The notes under the pieces: generated by a model | The model's input: the letters and a program-made list of their open reading frames with translations, nothing else | What the model was told of the DNA's origin: nothing | Database searches by the model: none | Translations under genes and position numbers: made by a program | In this document: one piece after another, positions 12,801 through 24,374 of the stretch | Layout of the letters: every line of letters begins with the position of its first letter | Position numbering within the stretch: the first letter of the stretch is position 1 | DNA from: Kipferlia bialata | Lineage: Eukaryota | Reading direction: 5' to 3' | Length of the DNA stretch: 32,106 nt | Assembly: GCA_003568945.1 (NCBI GenBank) | Contig: BDIP01000090.1 | Location: 1 to 32,106, forward strand

Positions 12801-15800
12801 CGTTAGAGTCGAAGACGTGATGATTTGTATTGCACTCGACTCTGCATCTTGGTGCTTGCAAGTTGCAATGATATACATTATGTCTTGGACAATAGTAAGG
12901 TGCCAAAATATGACTATTCATCAGCAAGACAATATCTTTGGCAGCCCCCATAACAGACATACTACTACTAGCCTTTGGGTCTGCTGTGTCACACTCTCTC
13001 TTGAGCCTGTCCGTCACTGCTGCTGTAAATAACTGCGGCACAGAGGTAAGTATGCTCGTGTTAACCTGGGATCAAGCATTACTTGAAATGATTTAACCAA
13101 TCAGACCATCACAATGGCATTTGGCTCTTGTCATAGATATGATGCAACAGTTATTATATTGCATATGTGATTTCCCGTATATATTCCGTTACCTGGCTGT
13201 GACAGCCAGGCTGGCTGTCTCCACTGGTCAACTGCGAGTCCTTCCCAGAGAGTGCCCTGTCAATGAGGAAGCTATACCAATCACTATCAGCTTCAATGTG
13301 TTTCATTATCGTTTGTAACGGTAACGCCCTTTGTGACAAAGGCTTTGTCTCCTCAGGTATCATACCTGGGATACAATGTGGCGACTATACTGTCCCACTG
13401 TGTTGTCAGGTTAAGTGTGATCTGTGCCTCATGGGCAGAGGAGAGTCTGAACAGCATCACTGTTGTCAATTGAGAGCTCGGCAAAGTACACATGTGTTGA
13501 AGGATTCGGTAGCCGGAGCACTTCCAAAACGTATATGTGCGATATACAGATGATATATATGACTGAGAACACAGAACATCATCTTTGTCACCTGCAAGTG
13601 GCTGCGGTGGAGAGCTAATATCCTCCTGGAGATAGGGGGCATCGCTGTCTACACTGCCCACACCTATGGTTGGTTGGAGATAGAGAGCTTATGGTGATTA
13701 CATCTTAGTCTAATTGTGTCTAATAGTAAAAACAATGTCTTATATGATACCTCATCATTTAACAATCCTAATATAGCGGTTACAAAGTTTGTAATACAAA
13801 CTGACATTGTACACTAGAGACACACCTAGGAGTCTTGCTCTCTCATCCCACTTGTGGGCAAACTCCATCACGGAGAGAACTACATCCCGAGGCACATCGT
13901 TCTCGAGGATAGTGTCTATCATGGAACCAAACACCTGACGTGAAACTGATTCTGAAAACGACTGGTTATGACTACACTATTCAGCTAGTTACCTCCAGTT
14001 TAGCTTAGCCTTAAGATAGATTAAAGTAGAATTTGTTCATAACATACCACGTTGAGCAGACTGTGGTGGTGCTTCACATACTCTGCTACCACAGGCAGTG
14101 GGGAGAATATTGGACCTAGGCTAGTTGCCACATCCTGTGGTTAGACTCTAGTTGCTATTGAAGTAGAGTATGAATCCTTGGTGAAACCGAGTGGAATGCA
14201 TCTGACTCACCTCTGTTCTCTGGAGAATGTCTTCACAATGCTCCAGCATCAGAGCCACATTGTCGACACTGGCTAGGATAGGGCGACCTGAGAAAGAGTG
14301 AGAAAGACACATAAGTGTTACTATACACATAGCCGCAACATATGCTGCCACAAAGAAAATAAAATATAATAGTTACGGACACGTACTGCTGTCGATGCTG
14401 AAGATGGACTGCTGGAGGGACTTGAACGCTGCAGCGACCCAAGAGGTTGGGGTGTTGTCACCCGTCTCGCCTCTGTCACCCACCAATGACACATCCTCAC
14501 TAGCCTGGGCCTTAAGTACATCAGCAACGTCCCTGGAGGTATAAGAATGTAGAGCCTCAATGTACAGATAGAACGTACTAGAACATTTAAGATGATGTAA
14601 GAGTACGGGTGTTAGCATTGAACCATATGTACGTTTACTCAAACTAGAACACAGTCTACCTCAGAGTGTCCTCTCGCCCATTCTGTGCCCACGCGAACCA
14701 GTGCTGTGGAGTGCGCACTATGGCTGACTTGAGCCTGTGATTAGATGACAACACAATACTTTCCATGTGGTATCATTATCGCACTGTCGAGACATCCCTA
14801 TATTCCGACTCCTCCTGCTTCAGACTAAGACTTAGTGTCTTCAGACTAAAACTTAGTGTCTTCACATATTGAGATACAGTCACCGATAGGAAAGAAGAGT
14901 AACTACCAACCTTGCTTGAAGAGGCCCTATGGGCTCAAGGCAGGAGAGTGTCCTCCTAGTGTATGTGTTGAGGGTCAGTGTGTGATCAGTGTCCGCGTTC
15001 CATCGTAGAGGGCGAGTGATCAATGGCTGAGCACGATGGGGACCAAGTAGTGGACTGCGTAGGTGCTCCATGACATCGTCCAGTTCTGGGGTTAGATCGA
15101 AAAACACGACACGGTAAATGTTCATAGTACTAATAATCTATCTTAGTAGTGCCACTCACCCACACCATAGAGTTCCAATACTCTTGCACGCATTCTCCCA
15201 TACACATTTTGCATAGGCTGCAGTCTCTCATAGGCCAAAAGATACCTGGATTGAGAGAAAAACTACTGTACGGTTTGGTATAGAGGTACTGCAACATGCA
15301 GTCTGCAAGTATACATCTCCTGTCGTCATATTACTGGCATACCTCTCATCACGGAGAAGCGTTGCCACAGACTCACTCTCAGTGACAAGGTCAACCTGGT
15401 GATGAAGATGGCGGAGATAGAGAGGAATCTTAAGCAAAGGTCTATCTATGCCCTTGACTTGGGGGTGATTGGTACGGTAAAGAATCTACACGTACCTTGT
15501 ATCCCTCCAGAGCAGCTGTAAGAGCAGCTTCCAGCTTTGGATCTGGTAACCCGCCTAGGGCGTCCTGAGGATTATCATGTTGGTCAATATGTCGGTTGAG
15601 GTAATTACAAACACAGTGACAAACCTTAGTCTGTCTGAAGACCGGTAGCCACGCCATGACATTGTATGCTACCTCTGTCCACATTGAGAGACCAGGAGCC
15701 TAAAATCAGTGGATTGTTGAACGTGAACCTACGCATACCTTGCCATATGCAGGACGGTGTTTGACAGTCTACATGTTGCTGTGAACAAGTAGGAACATCG

Positions 15801-18800
15801 ACTATCACAGGTAATGCCTTCAAACCTATAGATAACTTAGACATAGTCAGACATAGACTGTGTTGTTTTCGAACACAGTTTGGTTGAGAAGGTCAAAGAA
15901 CGCGTATATCTCTCACTGCATGGGACATTGTAAATAGATTTCAGTCACTTACCACTAGTGTCATCTTCGTAGGAGATGTCTCTGGCCCGTCAAGCTCCAA
16001 CTGAGTTTAGCTAAGTACAGTAGGGAGTACAATAATTATAGATCGTCAATAGAATATACCAAAGTGTCATACCTCAACGTCGTTGAGGTCTAGGGAGTGG
16101 GTAATCCTAAGCAGGTCAGGAGACTCCCCACTCTTGGGTGCAGCGCCGGAGGACCTCCTTCTGCCTACGACCTGGCTCACCAGGAGATGGTCGTTCAACA
16201 GGAACAACGTCCGGTTGCGATGGACCTTGACGCCAAAGGTCGACGACTGCACCTGATGTCAATGATAGTTAGGTGCATCAACACACATACCCGATTATGC
16301 TCCCTGTACCTGCATCTGCATCTCCTGCTTCAGTGATACATGGGGCTGGGTGAGGAACTCTACCATCTCGTCTCTGTTGCCACCTGTGAGTCTATAGCAC
16401 AGGGCAAGGATACCGTCCTTTCCCTCGAGGTGTCCTTTAGTGCTCTGAACACTCTGTGCAACCTCCTTGAGACCATGCAAGGCCCTCTCCATATCCTCTA
16501 TCTCAGGGTGTCTGGGAGGCAGCTTCTTCAAGTACTCCCCTGCCAGCAACTCATAGCGCATAACACGCTGCCAGGGCTCAGCGAGAAGAGATCCCACAGT
16601 ACTGCGTCAAGAAGATAGAGGAGGTGAATGCAAGTTACATGATGTAAATGACAGGCAACGCGCCAGCAAAACATACAAGTATCCGTCGATACAATGCAAC
16701 TTGTTACACTTGATACCTGGGATACTCTTCCTTTCCGACAGTACGGACTTGCACTCTTGTAAGGGCCTCGCACACACTGTCTTGCTCCATGAATGTCTTA
16801 CAGCTGTCATAGTAGGCGACATATCCCTTGAAGGAACTGATCAGAGGGGTCCACTCAACCAGCAGAGTCGCCAAAGTCTTGTTGGCAGTCTTCATGCCCT
16901 GGAGGCTGGACACGAATATGTCACTCACATTGCGGACCAAGTCGAGACCTGTGGCATATCTAGCCAGCTCCTCCTGCTGTGCCTCACTCAGAAGCGGGAG
17001 GAGGTCACTGAGCCTTGTGGACAGCTCACACACACGAGCATTAAATGTAAGCTCAGAGGACAGTATCTCTGCTAGGACCCTCTCATGAGTTGGCATGTCT
17101 CCTGCCTCTGAATAAGCAGGTGTTGAGATGCTGGTTGTTGTGACGGTAGACAGGTCACCGGTGGAGAGGTCAATGGACGCCACCGGAGCATCATCTGCAG
17201 CCCCATCCACATCATTCCCAACGGGTTGCTCCCCGGTAGGGTAGAGACCTAGCTCGTCTAGCAGCAGCTGGCATAGCGACTGATAGCAGGGTGAGACACT
17301 CAGGCATCTCTTTGGCTCTGGTGTGATACATAGAATCCCAGAGTCCAAGAGTACACTGTACCCAGGAGTGACGGAGAGCTCCACTACTCCAGCGGAGGAC
17401 ATAGAGACAGATCCACTTGGGTCCTGTCCCAGAAGGGCCAGAAGAGGCAGCAGACCAGACAGTCTCACTGCACCAGTGATACCAAGTCTCTCTAGCACTG
17501 CCTCACCGGTAGGTGCATCCAGTAGAGGGGAGTAGGGGTTGGAACACGACAATGAGCAAGAGAGAGATAGAGAGGGCGCACACATGACACGGCTACCAAT
17601 GCGCTCCTGCAGAAGCTCTAGCATGGCGGGGTTTCCAAGAAGAGAGCGGAGGGAGGGGGAGAGATACTCAGGGAGGCCGTAAAGTGACATGGCCTGAGAG
17701 ACCTCGTCTCGTGAGAGACGTGGGAGATGGACCGTGTAGGAGCCTGCCTCGGGGCTCGAGAGGCTCTGTGTGGCGGACAGGAGAGTAGCGTCCTCGATAC
17801 ACTGGCCCCAAACTGCAGGGGTGGAGGTGACCATAACTAGTGTGTGTCCGTTAGTGGCCTAAGGGTGAGTGGGTACCAAACTAAACGACACTGACGGTGT
17901 GGACTGTGTACAGTCAGCAGATAGAAGGAACATAGACACAATGGCTTGAGATACGTTGTATGTAATTGTATACTTCATGCATTGAGACACCGTTGACAGT
18001 ATTGGACACATCACTGTACCTCAAGTAGCTGTGTCACCCAAGTGAGTATCTTTCTCCTCTTTTCCGCTGTTTCCACCTCCTGCAGACCGTCGAGGACAAA
18101 GAGAACCCTCCTGTCACTCCCAGTGATAGAGACCAGGAGAGGGGCTAGCTCACTCATAGAGGACACCCCAAAGAGAGAGTGCAAGGTCTCCTCCAGTGGC
18201 TGACTCAGTGACAAGTAGTAGGGCACCGTGGAGAGTGTCTTGTCACGGACTGTCTGGAGAGTTAGTGCAGCAGCCTCCCAGGTCTTACCCATGCCCCGCT
18301 CTCCTAGGAGGACCATGAGAGGCATAGTACCCTCTGCTGCTACCTCCTAGTTGTTGGTGATATGTATACAGGAGGGGGGGGGGACTGGCCATTACTATAC
18401 ACCCTATAGAGTGTATATGCCACGAGTATATACCAGTTACACCCGCAAGTGAGACTATACTACTCATAACTTATGAGTCTCATAAGTATGGATCTATGTA
18501 GCAGTATACGAACCTGACCAATGAAGTCTGTGTATGCCTTGTGCACACTCTCTCTCCTGACATAGAGAGACTCATTGTACTGGGTGCCTCCCTCACTGCA
18601 AAGGTCCTGCTGCAGCAGAACACCCTCAGCTACCTGCAGAGCGGTGTCTAGAGGGATAGAGGCAGAGGTTGGCACCTTGGCCAAAGCGTGTAGACCACCC
18701 AATGCTGCTCTACAGTTCTCGACAGCCATCTCTCTCCCTCCCTTACTGTAGCAGATCATGCCCTCGCAGTGTGAGAGGTAGGTATCCACCTCAGGGGTGA

Positions 18801-19272
18801 GGGTGTCAAGGTGCCACACCCAACTACGCCAGCAACTGAGGATATAGTCAAGGTCTAACTTGCCATCGTTGTGGGAGAGTAGGCACTGGAGCTGCTGGAG
18901 GTAGGGCAAGACCACCCTGCTGACTAGACACCGTGTAGCGATCTCTTGCTCCTCTGAGGGTCTCTCTGGGTCAACGGGAGTGCCCACCATGCCACTGACC
19001 ACGCTTGACATGTCCTTGTCACCACTGTAGACAGGGGCAAGGTGGCTCAGAAGCGCTGTATGGACGTCACTCTCAACTGCACCCAGTCCTTGGCCACGCA
19101 TGTCGTGTGTGATAGCTGCGGAGAGGGCCCTCAGGCAGTGGGATACCAGTGAATGGCCGTTGGCATCTGTACACAGTCCAATGGCTGCAGGCACCACAGG
19201 GCTGGCGGGGTCGATAGACAGACCCACCAGAAAGCCCAGGAGGGAGTCACGGCAACCTTCTACCCCTGGCAT
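9876..19272 (-). CDS. Large multidomain protein: N-terminal helical region + STAND/NACHT-like NTPase + RhoGEF DH + PH + long unassigned C-terminal region (>30 exons)
   Basis: Exons 19272-18514, 18346-18020, 17903-17882, 17836-16717, 16601-16310, 16252-16073, 16000-15953, 15768-15739, then a largely phase-consistent run of short exons down to a TAG at 9876-9878. Phases near 10800-11130, the exact start and the last exon are uncertain. The link across 15953-15768 is inferred from completion of the PH domain. Confidence 0.65.
14818..14864. repeat. 21-bp tandem repeat (~2.2 copies) in an intron
   Basis: cttcagactaagacttagtgt / cttcagactaaaacttagtgt / cttca. Confidence 0.85.
15625..17090 (-). other. 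Dbl-homology (RhoGEF) + PH tandem within the large gene
   Basis: ERVLAEILSSELTFNARV (DH CR1), FKGYVAYY, SLLAEPWQRVMRYELLAGEYLKKLPPRHPE...MERAL (DH CR3), PH strand RTLFLLNDHLLV, and a C-terminal helix with W (NVMAWLPVF). Confidence 0.85.
17600..18570 (-). other. STAND/NACHT-like P-loop NTPase module within the large gene
   Basis: YVRR motif, Walker A GERGMGKT, Walker B VLFVLDGLQE, sensor-1-like IMVTST, and a GxP motif (LLGNPAMLELL). Confidence 0.75.
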
Positions 19273-19610
19273 GACGTGAAAGTCAGGCAGTGTGGTGAGG
19301 AGTGGGTAAAGAGTAGGAAAGCTGTGCTTGTCATGCAGTAGACAATCAGTGTGACAGGCAAAAACTTAGTAAGGGTCTAGGAGCTCTTTCAAAAACTGAG
19401 AAAGGGGCTAGCTCCTGATACTGTATTTAGTGGCAGATAGCCCCTCTCTCATTGGTAGCCTCTATAGGTCGCCACACTCACTGGAGTTGAGAGGTGGTTA
19501 CCCACCAGAACACATACATAGAGGGTTGTAGCTGGGAGGGAGAGAGCGTGAGAGAGAGAGGGTTGTAGCTGGGAGAGCGTTCCACCTTCTGACCTGGCAG
19601 TGAGAGAGAG

Positions 19611-19643
<33 letters not shown>

Positions 19644-19777
19644 GGATAGGGGTAGAAGGGAATGCTCTCCGGCCGAGCCAAGGCTGCGTCCATATTCACA
19701 GACACACAGGTAACATACCTACATTTGAGAGAGAGGCGGAGGGAGTGTGTATGGCATGAGTCGGCGAAGTGACTCAC

Positions 19778-19779
<2 letters not shown>

Positions 19780-19823
<44 letters not shown>
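19780..19823. repeat. Poly-C tract (44 nt)
   Basis: Homopolymer run upstream of the first recognisable NAPRT exon. Confidence 0.95.
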
Positions 19824-19826
<3 letters not shown>

Positions 19827-19983
19827 CCCGTCTTCAATTGGATTGTCATTCTATATACATTTGTCTGCCAAACAATTATTAGAACTCTGCCCTAACTTGG
19901 TCTATGCCCTTCATTGCCATAACACCTCATATTATATATATATGTATAGTATGTTACAGTATATACCATTGTCTTAACCTCAG

Positions 19984-21855
19984 ATTCCCGAGCCCTCCTC
20001 AGGTATGTGTCCACTCGTGTTACTGTTGTGTTACACAAGAGATGGCAGACACGCCCCCTCTTGAACCTGCGGAACAATAATTAACACCCGTATCACCATT
20101 GCCATATATACTACATATTGTGTGGGACAAGAGTGAAAAAGTAGAGAGGTGATACTCTTATCCAGTGGGATTCCCTCCTACCTTCTATATTCCTCGGGGA
20201 GTTACACATAGTATTGAACGCTCCTGCTCTCTTCCAGTCTCCATAAATGCATAGTTCCCCCCCTCCCCCCAGGTTTCATGGGCCCCATGATGACTGACCT
20301 CTACCAGTTCACAATGTGCTATGCATACTGGAAGCTAGGTAGGGTGGCGCATGATTCCAGTGAGAGGTTCCAATATAGGTTTAGGCCTGATGCCCTATAT
20401 ATCAGTGGCCCCTCACAGCCCAGTGACACCCCCACTCTCTCTCTCTCTCTCTCTCTCCTCTCTACTCTCCCTCTATCCAAGCCCCTCCCCCCCAGGTGTG
20501 AGTGAGAAGACTGCCACCTTCGAGCTCTTCTTCAGAAAGAACCCATTCAAGGGGGAGTTCACAGTGTTTGCAGGTGGGTGTGTGTGTGTACTACTTATCG
20601 GTGTGTGTCATCCCACCTCTCCTGTATGTACAACCCCCCCCCCACCCTAAACCCTAGGTATGGATGAAATTGTCAAGTGTCAGTATCAGTATGCAGTATC
20701 TGTATGTATATAGATACACTGATACTGATACTGACCGCTAGGCATGGATGAGATTGTCAAGTATCAGTATGTGTATATATATATACTGATACTGACCCCT
20801 AGGCATGGATGAGATTGTAAAGTTCCTGCACCACTTCAAGATCAGAGAGGACGATATCGACTACCTCAAGGTGTGTGTAGAGTGTGTATATATAGATATA
20901 GATAGACTTCCTCAAGGTATGTGTAGAGTATGTATATATACAGAATACAGTAAATAAATGGACATGAAGTGTATGGGTATATACGATACGATTTATGACA
21001 TCGGCTACCTCAAGGCACAGTGGATATATATAGATATGTAGATACAGATATCAGGGTGTGTATGGAGTGTATATACCCGATATCCTAGAGAGGACGACAT
21101 CGACTACCTCAAGGTATACAGTGAGTATATATATATATATATATATAGATAGATAGATAGATATAGATAGACTACCTCAGGGCACACAGTGTACATATAC
21201 AGTATAGAGTATATATATGTGGATATTGTATATATAGGTATTTACGACATATGATATCCGCTACCTCAAGGTGTATATACAGTGTATATATATCAATGTA
21301 TACATGGAGTGTATATAGGCGGTGTATATAGAGTATATACACACGATTACCTGCATGAATGTAGGTGTATCCATGCACCCGTCACCCCCGACCCCTCACC
21401 CCCCCCCCACCCCTAGACCGTGATGCCCGATGCCGAGGATGGGTTCTGGCAGTACCTGAGGGACCTGGACCTGTCCGGTGTCACGCTCAGGTGGGGGGCA
21501 TAGTGTATGTGTATATGTATATGAGTCAGATGGGTGGCCTAGTGTATACACCTCATCTGTCACTCTATCTGACACTGACCCCAGGGGTGTCAAGGCTGGG
21601 ACACCCGTGTTCCCAAAGATCCCCCTCATCACTGTGACAGGACCCCTTGGTATGTTGCATATATATGTGTATGTATATATAGATGTGTGCGTGTGTATAT
21701 ATGAACATGTACTCAATAGTGTGTGACATACGAAATTCACTGTGATTGTTGCATGTCTACTCCTAACCGTTAGGTGCCGTTCAGCTGCTCGAGACGCCCC
21801 TTCTAAACGGTGTCAACTACCCCTCCCTGCTGGTCACAAATGCAGCCAGAATGAG
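19984..21855 (+). CDS. NAPRT: Nicotinate phosphoribosyltransferase, N-terminal portion only
   Basis: Exons 19984-20002, 20273-20338, 20496-20573, 20803-20870, 21417-21490, 21585-21649, 21774-21855. Translation includes MMTDLYQFTMCYAYWK, FELFFRKNPFKGEFTVFAG, DIDYLK, GTPVFPKIPLITVTGPL and QLLETPLLNGVNYPSLLVTNAARMR. The start codon and the C-terminal barrel (EFGxRR onward) are absent. Confidence 0.92.
20871..21272 (+). repeat. Array of five degenerate copies of the NAPRT exon 3' end plus donor
   Basis: GACTACCTCAAG|GT-like copies end near 20915, 21014, 21113, 21181 and 21269, separated by TA-rich spacers. Confidence 0.9.
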
Positions 21856-21923
21856 GTACTGTCTCTCGAGCACGGTCACTATATGGTATCACATATACGT
21901 CTGTATATGTATTGTGTATCAAG

Positions 21924-21948
21924 CCCCCCCCCCCCCCCCCCCCCCCCC
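21924..21948. repeat. Poly-C tract (25 nt)
   Basis: Homopolymer run between the NAPRT and FAR-17a fragments. Confidence 0.95.
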
Positions 21949-21971
21949 GTTCTCCCCTCCCCTGACCCCAG

Positions 21972-22342
21972 TTGACCAACTTCACAGCCACGTGGGTTGT
22001 GGTCTATGCCGCCCTGTCCGTGGCCCCCATGCTGTTCCCAACCCTGGCCCAGGTGCAGTGGGACGCCATATTCCACCCAAGAGGGTGGCTCAGGTGAGGC
22101 CTCAGTCATACCATGCATACCCCCCCCCCCCTCTCTTTCTATCATGTGTATGATCCCGTGTACTCTATATTATACACTCTGTGTCTCCCTGACCCCCAGG
22201 CACAGTCTGTTTGCTGTTGTGCTTGACCTCACTGCGTGTCTGTCCATTGGCTACTGGGCTGTGGATGACATCGATGCCCAGACAGACCTCTGGCCAAAGT
22301 GGGCCCAGAGGTGGAGCCTCGTGCACAACATGGGTGCGGGAA

Positions 22343-22377
<35 letters not shown>

Positions 22378-23270
22378 GTTATTCTCTCTACCCCCCCCCC
22401 CTCTTCTTACCCAAGCCATCCACGGGTCCAATGTGATATGGCTCCTGCTGGATGTGTGCAAGTTCGACAGAGGCCTCTCAGGGTGGGTCCATGCCACTCC
22501 TATCGTCTCTCTCTCTCTCTCCCCATGCCCTTACCCTCTCAGTGCCTACCGCCGCAGCACTGTGATCTGGACGTGGGTGGCGGGTGTCGTCTACACCTCC
22601 CTCGCCATGGGCAGTGGGGTCATGACAGACGTCTACCCCTACTTCTTCTTCAGACCAGAGCACCCCCAGAGGAAGCTATTCGTACGTGGCTACATATTCT
22701 CTTTCTCTCTCTCATTTCACCGTCAGATTGTGACCACCTTTGTCCTTGGTGGTGTGTGCCACTTTGCCTTCATGTACATCATCAACAGGCTGGCCAGACA
22801 CAACCCCATACCCGAGGAGGACGTCACACCCCATGTGGCACCAGAGACACCAGGTGTGTGTGTATGTATGTGTGTATGTATATATATATATTGTATTGCG
22901 TATGTATATATATATGTCCCCATTGTACTGTGTCCCCTGACCCCCAGGTGGTCTGCGTGTGTACGGTGCTGTTGAGAGTGCGCCTGTCTCGATCGGTGAC
23001 TTCAGTGGGTACAGTGAGGGTGACGGGTACTATGATGATGTGGATGATGAGGAGGAGTACGAGGAGAGTGAGAGCGGGAGTGAGCTGGAGGAGTTCAACC
23101 CCGACACCCCCATGGCCTTCCTGACACCCCACACCCCAGAGACAGACACACCATTGAACAGACTCAAGACAACACCCACCGTCAGTGATGGTAAGGGGTG
23201 GGGGCACACTGCATCTAGACTGTGGTCCAGGGTCCAGTCAGCCCTGGTGCCTCTGGACGTCAAGGCGTAG
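21972..23270 (+). CDS. FAR-17a/AIG1-like multi-pass membrane protein with acidic C-terminal tail, 5' part missing
   Basis: Exons 21972-22093, 22200-22333, 22416-22482, 22543-22681, 22727-22853, 22948-23270 (TAG). Motifs LTNF, GYWA, IHGSNVIWLLLD and VYPYFF with hydrophobic helices, then DDVDDEEEYEESE. Confidence 0.65.
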
Positions 23271-23479
23271 GAGAGTAGGGTGATTGGTGTGAATACAGTG
23301 TGTGTGTGTGCATGGACTCTTGGGTTGGAGGCCATGATATGTGTGTAGAATCTTAATCAGTTCGTAGTTGTTATTTCACTAGTTAGTGGCAGTCTGTGGA
23401 AAGAGGGGCGGTGACCATAAATATGTCCACATGTCGTTGTTCTTGCAAGGAGGGCATGTGAGTATACACTAGGTGGTTT

Positions 23480-23500
23480 GGGGGGGGGGGGGGGGGGGGG
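23480..23500. repeat. Poly-G tract (21 nt)
   Basis: Homopolymer run after the last recognisable RRP36 donor. Confidence 0.95.
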
Positions 23501-23628
23501 CAAGTCCAGACACATCAGATGTCCACTATGACACCGGAGGTGGAGACACAAGAGAGAGAAAGGCAAGTACTTGAAGGGACACAGGTGGCAGGGATATATA
23601 TGGAGAGTAGAGAGATAGATACACCCAC

Positions 23629-24073
23629 CTTGGATAGTTGTCCCAGGAGCTCGCCCCTATCCTCATCTGAGGCCTTCTTGAGGGCCTTCCGGATGCCCTT
23701 CTCCTCTGCAGAGCGCATCTCCTGCAGAAATGCAAACTGCTGGTCGAACTTGTCCTGTCTGAAGGTGCCAATGGCAGAGTCGAACCTTGGGTCCAGACCC
23801 CTCTCCTCCTCGTGGTACTGGTAGGCAGACCCACGCACAGGGCGGGCAGCGTCCACCTCCTGGGGGCCAGCCTTCTTCTTCGACTTCTTGGACTTGCCGT
23901 GCCTAGAGGTGTCATAGATGCGCTCCCTCAAGAGACTAGTGCGAGATAGCTCTCGGTGCTGCCTGTGTGAGTTAAACTGAGGAGAGTGCAGACAATACCG
24001 TAGATACGTACACTGTGGGCTTGAATCCCTGCTGGGCGAGCAGGTCCCCCATAGGGGTATCGTCATCGTCCAT
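23629..24073 (-). CDS. RRP36: rRNA biogenesis protein RRP36 (DUF947), 3' part missing
   Basis: Exons 24073-24012 and 23962-23629. KAGPQEVDAARPV...LDPRFDSAIGTFRQDKFDQQFAFLQEMRSAE matches the RRP36 core. No C-terminal exon is recognisable after the donor at 23628. Confidence 0.8.
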
Positions 24074-24374
24074 CCAGGATCCATAAAGAGAGGGTAAGGA
24101 TGGAGTCCAAAACAGATCCACTCTTCCAATGATTCTTCAATCGAGGCCATTCCATGGAAGACGAAGCAGGAGTGCATGAGGGCACATTCAATTAACACAA
24201 AGGAGTGCTTCGTTCATAAAACACAGAGTGAAACCATTGAATGACAGACACTGAAGAGACACCGAGACACAATCCTGAATCCAACAGACACAAGAAACAC
24301 ACACATGAAAAGAAAGACACCGTCACAAGCGAGCCAACACAGCAGAGAAGAAATTGGATAGGTTCTATTCAAAC

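Noticed and set aside
19448..19779. Possible 3' exons of a minus-strand gene with a short internal duplication (tcccagctacaaccctct x2)
   Set aside because: Splice-like sites exist, but the frame is ambiguous and no homology is recognisable.
19892..20077. Minus-strand 61-aa ORF
   Set aside because: It overlaps the NAPRT mini-exon 19984-20002 and its intron on the opposite strand.
20871..21272. Repeat-spacer appearance resembling a CRISPR array
   Set aside because: The repeats are degenerate copies of an exon end, the spacers are low-complexity, there are no cas genes, and the context is eukaryotic.
21997..23124. 375-aa plus-strand ORF
   Set aside because: It crosses introns and mostly reads off-frame; the spliced FAR-17a-like model explains the region.
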